DNA of 56,964 nucleotides, counting the filler, from Sphacelaria rigidula (Eukaryota), in assembly GCA_964200075.2 (NCBI GenBank). It is 7 parts of 7 records of this genome, joined end to end, with 100 filler letters (N's around TTAATTAATTAA, not from the genome) between each part and the next. Parts side by side here need not be neighbours in the genome. Positions count along the whole stretch, not along the records: positions 8,154 to 16,206 come from CAXNAA020012486.1; positions 16,307 to 24,358 come from CAXNAA020012487.1; 5 more parts are not named here. One strand, 5' to 3'. A program made the position numbers and the translations under genes. The notes beneath the pieces were generated by a model that was given only the letters and a program-made list of their open reading frames with translations, had not been told where the DNA came from and searched no databases. Of this stretch, positions 10,680 to 22,832 are shown one piece after another (positions within the stretch are counted from its first letter, which is position 1; the number at the start of each line of letters is the position of its first letter).

Positions 10680-13600
10680 TGTGTTGTAAGCCTTTTTTAT
10701 TACTGTCCACACGTGGGAAATTGGATGAAGAGAGGTGGGAGAGACGAGTGAAGAAGTAGAGCGTAGAGCATTACCCTGTCAAGATAGCCTACGATCCAAA
10801 GAATAAAGCGTCGCAAGATCCGCTACACACGTGCCTAAAAATAGAAAGTCGGAAAAATTGCCTTTCTCCAGTCACAAGGAACGTTCTCAGTAACCTTGCT
10901 GGAACAATCGAATACTCCGCAATTTCCCCGCTCATGCTTCTGGCTTCTGTTCGGAGGTCAACTATGTTGAACACCCTCCCTAGCTTTGTCGACAAGCAAG
11001 CCCGAGCATTCCCGTCGAATAAACTACACTAGATAGAACTTCCTACCATCATCGCTCATCTCAAATGATGGGGTCCACCATAAGAAAAAATAAAAAGGGT
11101 GAATTCTACATCCTGCCTAAGAGAAAATCACGATGCCTTTCGAAACTCTCTCCACCAATGGCTTTGGTTAGAATGTCCGCATGCTGTTTTTCTGATTGAA
11201 GATACTTCACGGATATGTCACCGCTAAATATAGCAACCAACTCCCTGAGAAAATGGTACGGTACATCAATGTTTTTGCTGCTTGACGAGCTTAAGGGGTT
11301 TCCAGCCAAGTCCATCGCCCCCTTGTTGTCCTCAAAAACGCCAATGCTTCTCGACCCCAAACTGGGCATTAGGAACTTCGGAACCCCCCTCACATACAGG
11401 GCCTCCTTGACACCGTCTGCCATCGCTACATACTCTGCTGCAGTAGTAGATAGGGTGACGCACTTCTGCGTCCTAGAAAACCAAGACACTAGCGTACCTC
11501 CACAGCGAATAGCTACACCGGAAACGGAACGTCGGTCTTCTGCCTTGTGGGCGTAGTCTGCGTCAACGTACGTATCCAAATCAAACTCCGACTGAATACA
11601 TCTCAAGTCACTACTCTTCTTGAAATGAAAACCTAAGTCCGACGTAGCACTCAAATACTCGAGTATCTTCTGTGCCGCCTTGTAGTGAGTCAGCTTGGGT
11701 TTATGAGAGAACCGAGGGATTGCCCAAACTACGTTCGCGATATCGGGCCTCGTCTGGTTCGCCATCCACATCAAGCTCCCCACGATCTCACGGAAAGGCA
11801 CATCCACCACGGTCCCCCCTTCGCTCGCATGCCTGAGGTCTAAAGAAGGGGTAGCGGGAATGAGACTAGTCTTCGAGACGTCGAAACGATTTAACACACT
11901 CGTGATGAATTGGGTTTGTGGAATCTCCAAAGTACCTTTCTCCCGGTCCTTTTTGTACTCACTCCCCATGTACCACTCTACCTCCCCGAGGTGTTTAGTT
12001 GGAAATCTCTGATTGAGTGCACCGAGTATTACCTTAGCCACTTCCTCAGCAGCTGCTATCATGATATTGTTCACATGGAAGACCATCATCGCCACAACGT
12101 CTCCAGCAACCCTCAGTCGAAACACAGGGATCTACCAAGCATTGCTCGAAACCACACTCCGCCAGAGTTGACGACAATAGTTGATACCATGCACGATCAC
12201 TCTGCTTCAAGCCGTACAAAGCCTTGTTAAGGCGGACTGCCTTACCAGATACGGATCCACAATTGGGGGGCACGCGCAAGTGGATATCGGTGTCCAACTC
12301 CAACTGAATGAAATCCTGGTCTACATCCAGGTGCCTCAAATCCCAGTGTAGCTTACATGCCATAGCCGCCACTAACCTGCTTCACGTAGCAGATGCCGTG
12401 CGGGCAAATGTGTCGAAGTAGTCTACTCCTTCCACCTGACTATACCCTATGGCTACCATACGGGCTTTCGCCCGGTCAACCATTCCATGCGAATCACTTT
12501 TCCACTTATACACCCACTTCGCGCCCACAATGTCGCACCCCTCTGGATCGTCAGTCATGTCCGCGAACGTTCCGGCAGCCAGAAGCTCATCGAACTCTAT
12601 CCTCATCGCCTCCATCCTCACATTCGAGTATTGTGATGAACATGCCGTAGGGTATGACAACGGCTCCAGCCCCGCTTCCTTGATGAGACCTTTAGGGAGC
12701 TCGCCCGGCTTACGGGTAACCTCCTGTACCGCCAGCAGGCCATGGATGATTTCACCCCTTCATCGGGCCGTAAAATGGTCACGAGCCCAGATGCTTCTTG
12801 ATTGAGCGCTCGCGTCTGCGCTCTGGTTCGTCCAAGTTCCTCGTCATTTCCAGATCCAACCAGATTTGACTCGAGTTGCCGCGCCGCAATCCGCACTGCC
12901 GTTGGAACTGAAACACTTTTGTCCGATGAAGACGAGTCGCTCTCCTCCACTGAGAGGTCGCCGTCTACATACGGCTCACTACTCACCGATGGTGAATGGA
13001 TTCCTGAAGAATCAGCTGTGTTGTCGGGGGCCGGCTGATTTTCATCGACAAGAGAACCCCGCTCACCATCATGGTCTGCGCTCTCCGCTGGAAATGGCAC
13101 TACCATGACCGGCGGCGCCTCCCAAGTGACGTCCCTTGTCTCCACTACTTTATTGGCCCGCGTCAGCATCCGCAATGAATCGCGGGGGTGGTCGATGCTA
13201 GGCCCGAGGTAGAGGCTACTCTGGCTTTTGGGGAACGACTTTGACGATCGGTTTCAGCGGCAATATCCCGGACGAAAAAACCGGTGTGGTGATGTAGGTG
13301 CTGCCTTACCGTACCACATTGCGTACGGTGACTTGTTGCCTGAGTTTGATTGAGCCGTATGATTGAGGGCTCACACGCCCAATATATCGCCTCAGCCCAG
13401 AGCGTCTCCGGTGGTGGCAGCTTGACATGTGCAAAGAGGATAGGGGCTTGGATGCGAGCAGCAAGTGCGGCGTTTTGGATGATACCTACAGCTCTCTCGA
13501 CAACGCCCTTCAGTTCCGGACCCTTCGCGCTGGTGAATTTCTGCTTGATACAGTAGTGCTTACACACTCCTTCAAAATCGCCATCGAAAAACTCCCCTCC

Positions 13601-15000
13601 GTCGTCAGACCTAACTATTATTACTTCCGAAGGTACACCATCCGCACGTACATGAACTTGAAAGCATCAGCGGTATCAGACTTGCGCTCGAGAAATATAC
13701 TCATGCGTACCGGGTAAAATCGTCATTACATACTTCTTCCCAAGCAACGAAGGAGTTCCCTTAGGACCGCTACGATCAACAAAAACTCTTTCTAGCTTTT
13801 GTGAAGCACGAGATTTCGTGCTGTTCGCGATTGGTTTCCTGTACCCCTTTGCCATAGGACATCCTGTACACGGTTTCAAGTTACCCAGTAACTCTGTATC
13901 CAGCGATTTTGCTGTCTCTTTTGATGGAAGTTCATTGGCATGTCTCTGTGCGCAGTGAAAAACGTTGATGTCTACCGCAGTCAGCACTACCGGGGGCTAT
14001 AGCAGCGAACGCCAGGGGAACAGGGGGGTAGGAGTGCACTGAATTTTCAACAGTCTCGGGATCAATCCTACTACCATACGTTGAGTATCTGGACCCGTCA
14101 CTCCAAAACCTAAGACGCCCATCCAGTAGAGTCACACTCTGATCGGAGTCATCAGTCGAGGAGCCTACTCCTCGTGTGTGCGCAGCCACTAGTGAGAATA
14201 GATCATAAGATAAATCTGGTAAGTACGCGACTTTCTCAAGCCTTACTGTTACTCCTCCAGCCCTGTTGGGGAAAACTACAGTCAATGATCCATAACACTC
14301 AACGCCGATGAGTGTATTATTACCGATCTTGACTTCATCTTCAGATGGTTGCATATCACGGAGCATTTCAACTGATTTAGTCATATGAAATGTTGCTCCT
14401 CTATCAGCTATCCACCTGTCAACACTATCATTACTGCTATTACGCACTCCCAACGTATCCTCCTCACTTTGTTGCATACCAATCGACGAAACACGCTATG
14501 ATATATCACCTGAGCCACCCTGTGATTTCTTCGGGGTTGGGATGACGTGTGCGCTACAGTCAAACCATCGGTGTCCTGATCCTAAGCAACGATGACACTT
14601 GTTTCGCATTTCGTCGTACTTCTTGTCTACGTTTTTGGTGCTGCTATTTTGGTCCTTATCTGCTTCCGCACCACCGGAAACATCCTCACCACCTCTGGCA
14701 CCACCCTTGGCGCCATCTTGACTGCGATTTCCGCGGATGGACTTTCTCGTAACGAGAGCTTGTCTGACGTCACGGTTCTTCGTACCATTCCTTGATATAG
14801 GCGTGTATCTCTGCCGTACGATAGACTCTAACTCTATCCGGGTTATGTCGTCTCTGTACAAAATTATATGCTGTTCGTACTCGTAGTCACTTGTGAGTAC
14901 CTCAACTACCTTCTCAGTAACCTTGCTGGAACAATCGAATACTCCGCAATTTCCCCGCTCATGCTTCTGGCTTCTGTTCGGGGGTCAACTATATTGAACA
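10680..15000 (-). mobile_element. Decayed Ty1/copia LTR retrotransposon
   Basis: Domain order is gag-PR-IN-RT-RNaseH on the minus strand. The LTR start TGTTCAA(C/T)ATAG occurs at 10973 (after the purine tract AGGGAGGG) and at 15000. 10884-10973 and 14911-15000 are near-identical. The distal end of the 3' LTR is uncertain. Confidence 0.9.
11106..14909 (-). pseudogene. copia gag-pol remnant
   Basis: Zinc knuckle CHRCLGSGHRWFDC, protease WIADRGATFHM, integrase VFVDRSGP and GVVER, RT KWVYKWK...KARMVAIGYSQVEGVDY and LNKALYGLKQS, RNase H YVDADYA...RRSVSG...QHADILTK. Split over many frames; the RT YVDD motif reads HVNN. Confidence 0.93.
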
Positions 15001-15646
15001 CTCCCTGCTCCGCCGATATCCGCACGGTACTGTGTCCGCGCGTCTCGACCTACATTGTCGCAGGTGCCATGAGGAGACTCCTTCTGTTGCCAATCAAGCG
15101 ATGGCAGGCTCTGTCTGTAGAAGCAACCGAGGACGAGCCAAATAACCTGCTCATGGCCGGTCTCTCTCCCGCCCCGGGCAAGGAAGGGTTCCACCGGCTA
15201 CGGAGCGGGGCGGCAGGCCGCAGGAAAGGGACCCCGCCACTGTCCACCCTTGGGAAGGACGCTGGAAAGTCTTGGGAAAAGCTTAGCTCGTTCTTCGGGT
15301 AGCAGTGATGTTGAAGGAGTAGGGATTTGCTACCATTGAGTGGTCGTTTAGCTCGTTTTTGAAACTTCGTGCATTGTGCGGTCTCTGACCGAATTTTTTG
15401 CTCATAGGGATGGGAATGTGATCACCTTTATTGTGTAAATAGAGATGAAGATTTAAGTGGTGTGAAGCGTTTTGGGACTGTGCGGTAGAGGTTTTATCTA
15501 AGCTTCACGAGGGCACAAGTAATGCACACACATATATATATATAGTTATATATTCCATGTATGGGACTTCGCTTATTTTACAACCTGGACAATCGCAGGA
15601 CATCGCCTAACAGAGATGCTGTGTTTTTCGAAGGACAACAACAAAG

Positions 15647-15844
15647 CTATGACGCATTGACGGGCAATGCTGGGTCGTCTCCTTGTTTTTCCTCCGGGGC
15701 GTTTTTGAAAGCCTTGACGATCTCGCGAACTGTTATGTAGGATACGTTAGCCTTGGCGCTCTCCCGCTCTGCCTTCTCCCTTTCTCCTTTCCATCGATCC
15801 AGAACCTCTGGCTCAGTCTTGTTGTCAGCTTCTAGTAGTCTCAC
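15647..15844 (-). CDS. Possible terminal exon or gene fragment
   Basis: A TGCAG acceptor is followed by a charged, helical-looking 65-aa frame (VRLLEADNKTEPEVLDRWKGERE...) ending at a stop. Confidence 0.3.
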   Translation of the reverse strand: MRLLEADNKTEPEVLDRWKGEREKAERESAKANVSYITVREIVKAFKNAPEEKQGDDPALPVNAS

Positions 15845-16136
15845 CTGCATATTTTATCGAGTGTATACAATTGTGCGATATTCTTTGATGAGCGAGAATT
15901 ACCGCACTTTCTCGCTGGCAGGCTACCCAACACGTATATACCGGCCCTGCAAGAGCGATAGTTACCACCACACGGGGAGCATGGCGTCGTTTTTGAGCAC
16001 ACCCCACGACAGAAAGGCAAATATAGCTGAGGTAGACCTTAGCGTTCTGTCAATCATGCTCCACATAGGCGTCATTTCTGATTTCCTTGCAGAAACGAAG
16101 ATGAAGTGAGGAGAATCTACAGGAAGCCAACGTTTG

Positions 16137-16206
16137 AGGCCGCTTCCTATTATAGACAAAAATTAACACCCGGAAAAATGTATTTTTGGAGCTTTTACGT
16201 CGTTTT
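16137..16206. repeat. End of a high-copy TIR-like repeat at a contig break (same sequence at 48763-48813)
   Basis: AGGCCGCTTCCTATWATAGACAAAAAT...CCCGGAAAAATGTATTTTT lies immediately before two different linkers. Confidence 0.7.
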
Positions 16207-16939
16207 NNNNNNNNNNNNNNNNNNNNNNNNNNNNNNNNNNNNNNNNNNNNTTAATTAATTAANNNNNNNNNNNNNNNNNNNNNNNNNNNNNNNNNNNNNN
16301 NNNNNNCTCCTTCCCGGCCGTCCGCACCTCTCTCGCTGTTGGCGACACCTACCTCTCTACTTCTCCACCACTACCCAACTTGCCTCCTTTCTGCAGCAGT
16401 TTGTTTTGTTGGAGCTCACCGTGTTCCACGCCTGGCGCGAAGGTGCCCCGTACACCCTGGGGTAGTGTAAACGTACTTGAATGTCACCGCCAGTAAATAT
16501 ACCTTGGCTGAGATCGCTCCGGCCGAGCGCTCAAACTCAGGCATTGATATCTTGAAAAAGATGTCGATTCCACAAATTTATTTTTTGATGCCGTCAGCAA
16601 ATGGAGACCTGCGGCGGTCCAAGGCTTTGCTTTGTTATCAGCCCCCTTCTTCACAATATCCGCGTCTTTTATTGACTGACCCAAATGCACTTCAACGCTA
16701 ACCCTAGTCGTTCCCCGAGAAAGGTAGACCTCGAACACTCGGGCACCGAGGGTGTTTGTTCTGTCGCTCCGTAGGCAGAGAGTGCTTTGTTCTACGGCGT
16801 AAATACAAACCTTCGACCCAGTGGGGGTGTTCATGTATTATTTGTGGAATCGGCATCATTTTCAACCCTTTTCGAGTAAACATGATGTCGATTCCCCACA
16901 TGGACACCTGCGGCGCTAGAGGGATTTACCGGAAAACCG

Positions 16940-17420
16940 CGACTTGTTGAGTCGGCATCATTTGTACCCGAAAAAATAATGCACAATCCAGATTGACTAC
17001 GGGAGGGTTAACCCTTAGGCCGCGGTGAGTCGTAGTCCATCTGCATCATGCATACTTTTTTCAAGTGAATATTGATGCCGATTCAGCAGGTGACCTACCC
17101 TGGCGGTTAACCCTTAGACCGCGAGGTTGGTCTTCTGGTGAATCGGCATCAATTTCAACTGAAAAGAAGGATGCATGATCCAGAAAGACTAATCTCGCGG
17201 TCTACGGGTTAAATGGTTAACCCTCAGACCGCGAGGTTAGTCTTCTGTTGAATCGGCATCAATTTCAAGTGAAAAAAGTATGCATGATCCAGCAAGACTA
17301 ATCTCGCGGTCTGAGGGTTAACCTCAGACCGCGAACGTAGTCCATCTGAACTAAACATACTTTTTTGAGGTGAAAGTGATGCCGATTCAACAGATGACCC
17401 GCTCTCGCTGTCCAAGGGTT
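16940..17420. mobile_element. Tandem chain of ~97-bp piggyBac-type MITEs
   Basis: The best unit is 17221-17317: TTAA|CCCTCAGACCGCGAGGTTAGTCTT...AAGACTAATCTCGCGGTCTGAGGG|TTAA (24-bp TIR, one mismatch). Other units are 17012-17106, 17111-17208 and 17322-17418, in both orientations. Confidence 0.8.
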
Positions 17421-17664
17421 GACCCTCAGCGACCCCGCAAGTGGACTGAGATGGACTATGCCACATCTGGGGTTCAGAACAGCTCTTTTCTCGTTACACC
17501 AAATTTCATGACCATGTGGATGCTGGGCATCTAAAAAGAAAATAGTTCCGGGGAACTCCTGCTCCGTTTGACCGAGCAGTCAATAGCTTACAAAGTCAGT
17601 ATGCGTGCGGTATGTCTCCGCTGGATACAACGGCAAGACAGAGTCAGCGTGCCATTGCCTTCCA

Positions 17665-17902
17665 CTGGGTCGTGGGTTCAAATCTCGAAGCGATCTCGAT
17701 TTTTTTCTCACACAATGCCCAGTAGAGGAGAGACACGATGTCGTGGGTACACAAAACTCGACTCAACGGTCGACGAGGGAAAGGGACTGCTGAACCCCTC
17801 TCGCGATAAAAAATAAAAGGCAAGCACCGCAGAAGGAAGGTGGAGAACTATGACAAATGAAGAAGAAAACCCTCCTGTGTTGTCCTTTCTCCTGTGTGAC
17901 AC
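17665..17902 (+). mobile_element. tRNA-derived SINE family 1, 5'-truncated copy
   Basis: B box GGTTCAAATCTCG, then the core GGTCGACGAGGGAAAGGGACTGCTGAA...GCAAGCACCGCAGAAGGAAGG shared with 55604-55898. Confidence 0.7.
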
Positions 17903-17934
17903 GCACACAGTGTCGATGCTGGTGTAGTCCTTGA

Positions 17935-18034
17935 CCCTTATGTGGCGAGAATAGGTCATCTGTTGAATCGGCATCAATGTCACTTGAAAAAGTAAGCGTG
18001 ATTCAGATGGACTACCCTCCTCGCGGTCTAAGGG
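17935..18034. mobile_element. Further copy of the ~97-bp piggyBac-type MITE
   Basis: TTGA|CCCTTA...TGTTGAATCGGCATCAAT...CTCGCGGTCTAAGGG|TTGA. Confidence 0.7.
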
Positions 18035-18508
18035 TTGATCCTTTTGGGACCTTTTACCTCACAACGGTGTGTTCGCGGCAGGTAGCAATTCTGAGGTCGT
18101 TGCTTTTGTATTTTTCTGCTTCTTCCCTTCTTTTTTCTTTCATCAGTCACTCTATATTTTTTTGCCGCTCCTGACCACGGGCTGGATTGTTGTAATCAGC
18201 TCATCTAATGTGAGATACTGGTGATCAATCAATCAACATTCTTTTTTTATGGCAGTCACCAATCTCAATTTTTTTCACATTGGGGGGAAAAAATAGGGGA
18301 ACGCATTTCATGGACCAAATCGGGGCCCCGCAAATATCGGGGTGTTGCGATCTCAAAACGATTTCTCCCGATTTGTTTTTAAAAGATCGGGAGATCAGTC
18401 CGAGATCGTGACTCCCCCCGATTTTGAGGAGATGGCGTACGTGCATTGACGTACAATGGTAGGGTAGGAGACGTTTGATACTTTCGCAATCGCAGCAGAA
18501 GACAGTCT

Positions 18509-18797
18509 CAACAATGATTTCGTGAGATGAGAGTAAAAGATACGAGTGAGAGTGAAAAGCTGTCAGTTAGTGAATGAATCGTTTCAGTTCCGAAATGCCC
18601 CTCCATGAGGTCCAATCTGTTTACTGTGGTAGCTTGCCACTGAGACCTTTGATATCCCTGAGTAGGATATCGACATGCACACGCCAATGATGGAGGCGAA
18701 GAGAAGCACACACGGAATGAAAGAATGTGTAAGTTACAGCGAATAATCAAAGTCACTCTCAATCAGCGCTCTACCCTCAATCTCACAAAAACGGTGT
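18509..18797 (-). mobile_element. MITE family C copy (Tc1/mariner-type)
   Basis: Reverse-orientation homologue of 26344-26683 and 30714-31200; TIR core TTCGTGAGATTGAGAGTAGAG. Confidence 0.75.
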
Positions 18798-20099
18798 TTC
18801 TCGTGGCAGCGCAGGGCGTGCCTGCCCGCACCAGCTGCTGAAGCAGCTTTGCACTGCGTTTGACAAACGGATAATGAGTGCTGATGCCGTACCCTGCGGC
18901 GATGGTAGTATTTGATGCTGCGCTGCGCTGCCACATGTATCACTATTATAACAAACGGTACTGTACTCTCCTCGTCTGTTGTCGCTGTACTTGAGGGGTG
19001 GTGTATGGCACTGCACTGCTGAACTCTTCTCGCGCACTGATTGTGCACTGTTCTCGCGATACCGACGGTGCCGTCATCATGCACTTTACCACACGGCATG
19101 ATATGTGCATTGTATTAAATGGGGTGTTATGCACTGTATTACCCTAGGGAAGCAAAGTACGGCACTGTACTCGAAGGATTATTCACCGCCTGCCTGCTCT
19201 TCGGCTTCATGCACAAGAACGCAATACCACACTCGTGCACGAAATGGCCGTCGGTGTACAGAACTTTGTCACAAATTTATGATACCGTCTGTACCATAAA
19301 ACGACCCCCTCCCCCGATTTTGAGTTCGCGAATTCGCGGTTCCGTCTGAAAAATCGACATTCGTTGCCATAAAAGATGGTCTTACACGTTGTGTCATTGA
19401 CGGGCAACAGTGATTTCTACATTTTTCCTTCACACGTCACACTACGGTCGATGCTGTTATATCCCTTCACAGGTAGTTCTTGATTCTGCAGGATCAGTGT
19501 CTTCTGCGTCGCTGAGATTATTTATTTTCGGTCGAGTTTTGTCCATGTTCGAAGGTTGGAATGAGTTCATTTTGGGGAGATATCTGAGACGCGGAGGATG
19601 GGTGGAGAGTGATGGTTATTATTTAGTTCTGTACGATCAGAACCTTCTGCCTTGTTTCGATTCTTGATTCTCGTTCAGGGTTTGTCGTTTTATGAAGGTT
19701 GAATACGTTCATTTCGCGTGGATTTCTCGGACGGAGAATAGGTGGAGCTTCACGGTCATCTTTTTAGTTGTGCCGGACCAGTGTTTTCTGCCTCCTTCCG
19801 GCTCTCTTTTGGTCAGGTTTAAGTATCGTCGACGATGTTTGAAAGTCCAAAGAGGCAAAACAAAGAGAACGAGTTATCTCTGGATCTTATCTTCGCCTCT
19901 AAGCACTCCTGTATGTGGGCGACGGCTGATGTCGGTTGCAACACTCCACATCATCCTTTGCCTTGGGTAACGCTTCATTGAGCGGGGGCGCGAAGCGCCA
20001 AAACCTTGACCAATTACTTCATTTATCTTTTTCGCCGTTGAAGAGCCTTGGATGCAGGTGCACTCTTTTCATTTTTTTCACTTGATTTTCGAGTACATT

Positions 20100-22450
20100 T
20101 TTTCGCGCCCATTTCATTCTCCCAGAAGCTCTGTGAAGCCAGTATTGCCTCTCACTTGATTTTAGAGTAGAGCGAAGTACAGCGAAACGGGGTCATATCG
20201 TTCTCTCAACCTTCCACACTTGATTACACGTTTTCCGCTTCCATTTCGCTAGACATTTCGCCTCAGGTCGATTCGGGAGCAGCGCTTTTATCGCTTTCCC
20301 GGCAGTGTTCTGCATGGTGCATTCATTCATTTCGTTCCGCCGTTTTTTCCTCGCCGTCAAAATAGACCCTTCGTTCGTGTACCTCACACCGCATACAGGC
20401 CTTCCAATCGCTCCGCCGTTTTTGGTCAGAATCCCAGAACGTTCACAGAAGCTCTGAGAACCGAGCATTTCCCCGTAATATAGTGAGTCGCGAACTTTCC
20501 CGGTGTACAGAACAGAGCCCAGAACAGAACGTCTCTGCTATCATGAGTCGTGGACTTTCCCAGCGTCTCTGCCCAGTTCTCTCAACCTCTTACAAGCATT
20601 ACTTGATTTTAAAGTACACGTTTCCCGCGTCCATTCCGCTAGACATTTTGCTTCAGGAGGTTTCAGGAGCATCGCTTTCCCGGCAGTGCTTTGCATAGTA
20701 TTTTCATCCATTCCATATCCATTAGCGTTCCGCCGTCTTTTCCACCGCACACAGACCTTTCAATCGCTCCGCAATATTGCACGTTTCCTGTCAGAATCGT
20801 TGCCAGAAGCTCTGATACAGATGTACTTTTCCCCCTGCTTTTAGATGACGGCGAGCATGCGTCGCGAACTCTCCCAGTGCACAGAACAGAACGTCTGTGC
20901 TATCATAGCACGCAATTTTCGAGGCCCCTTCACCAACTGGTCGGAAAAAATGGTTGACGAACTATGGAGATGCCGCCAACCCTAACGCTAACTCTTACCC
21001 TAACCCCGACCAAGGCATACCGAGAACATTCGGGCAAGGAGGTGCAGGGTATTCCCCACGCAAAGTGTGCGTTGCCAGAGCTCAAATCGACGCCTTTCAG
21101 CCGATTTTGGAACAAAACACGGTCTGGACAAGCTGGGTCTACTCTACTGCTCACCACTGCTCACCTGTATCTGTTGGTGGTTTCATCCATCGCCCCGACT
21201 AACACTACAACGAGTTGTTGTTGTTGTCTTCACATTAAAAACGAGTATGTTTTAATTTCAACCATTTTTTCCGACCAGTTGGTAACGTCTGTTGTAATTA
21301 TCACCGGCGAAGTTTCCGATGCCACTTTTGCCGTCATTACCGATTCGCGCGCAACTCATCATCGTCTCTTCTTGATCCTTTTTTTTTCCGTGCTGTAGCA
21401 GCCGCAAAGTTTCCGATATCGTTTTTCACCATTCTCTCGAACATATTCGTTTCCTGTGTTTTTGTCAAAACACTTTTCATCATGAGCCGCGCTATTCGGA
21501 TCGTTCCTCCACGCAGGACACTTTTTATCATGAGCCGCGAAGTTTCCGATGCCACTTTTCATCATGTCTTCCCCGAACATATTTTTCGGGTCGTTTCTCA
21601 ACTTGAAAATAATTTTTTACACTGCTTTCCACTGTCCCCACTGTCAGTTGTTCGTCGATTGTGTACATTACATGTTGTGTTTCTCAGTTACATATCCATC
21701 ACGTCGCGGGTATTGCCTGCTTATTGTGAAATGGCATGGTGTTTTGACATTGCGATGCGTTCCGTTTGATGTATTTCGTCGCTGGTGTGTCGGTGAGCCC
21801 TTTGGGCGTCCGCGATGGGTAACTGTTCCACCGCGACCGTTGATAGTCTGTGGAATCGGCATCAGTTTCACTTGAAGAAACACTGTATTACCAGATGACC
21901 TACCCTCGTGAACTAGCTCTAAGGGAGAACAACGTGCACAGCTGATGAGCAGTCGCTAGACATTTCGGTGCCTTCATGTTCTGCTTGGGTTTTGCTTTCC
22001 GGACTGTGTTCTGCATGGTGTTTCGACGTGATGCGTTCCGTTTGATCGATTTCCTCGCTGATATATCGGTGGATCGTTTGGGCGTCCGAGATGACAAGGT
22101 GAATGTTCCACCGCGATCGTGGGTAGTCCGTGGAATCGGCATCAGTTTTACTTGAAAAATCAATGCATGACCAGATGACCTACGCTCGCCCACTAGCTCT
22201 AAGGGAGAACAAACGACCTCTATTTTTCGCATTGGATTCTGAACAGATTTCGGCGACATGGTCACTGTATGACCGCGATCATTGATAGTCTGTGGAACCG
22301 GCATCAGTTTTAATAAACAATCACTGCATGAACAGATGACCTACCCTCGACGGAGACCAACGTGCACAGCTGATGAGCAGCTATGGCGTTTCTTCGAAGT
22401 ACCAAAGCACGCAATTATCACCGTCAAAGTTTTCGACGCCACTTTTGCTT
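20100..22450. repeat. Cluster of decayed direct repeats (~370-bp duplication at 20200-20905; three modules at ~21825, ~22105, ~22270)
   Basis: Recurrent CAGAAGCTCTG, CGCTAGACATTT, CAGAACAGAACGTCT and AAGTTTCCGATGCCACTTT. The GGAATCGGCATCAGTTT...CAGATGACCTAC modules resemble the piggyBac MITE core. Confidence 0.65.
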
Positions 22451-22832
22451 ATTGTGATGTGCGGGTATTGCCTGCTTATTGTGATGTGGGATTGAAAATA
22501 TCGATAGCCACTGCGGTTACGGGCGTTTTTGCGATGCAATAGTGCTGGACTCACGGTTGCGAACACCGGCGTGTGTCCGTCACAAGTCTTTGTGTCCTCG
22601 GGTGATTGGGCGGCGCAATAATATTTTGTCTAATGGTACGAGTGTCCCCGGGTGTGTGTTCGTCGACGGTATACAATGTTTCCTATTCGTTGCTGTGTGT
22701 GGAGAACGTGAATGCGTGTCTCCGTGTGTGTTCTTCGACGGTGGAGGTTGTCGTTTACCCGTCCCTGCAGGTACGATTATACATCAATAAACCTCTTCTT
22801 CATATCCTGCTCCCGGGACATCTGTCACCATA

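Noticed and set aside
20978..21007. Telomeric CCCTAA tract
   Set aside because: There are only a few degenerate internal units.
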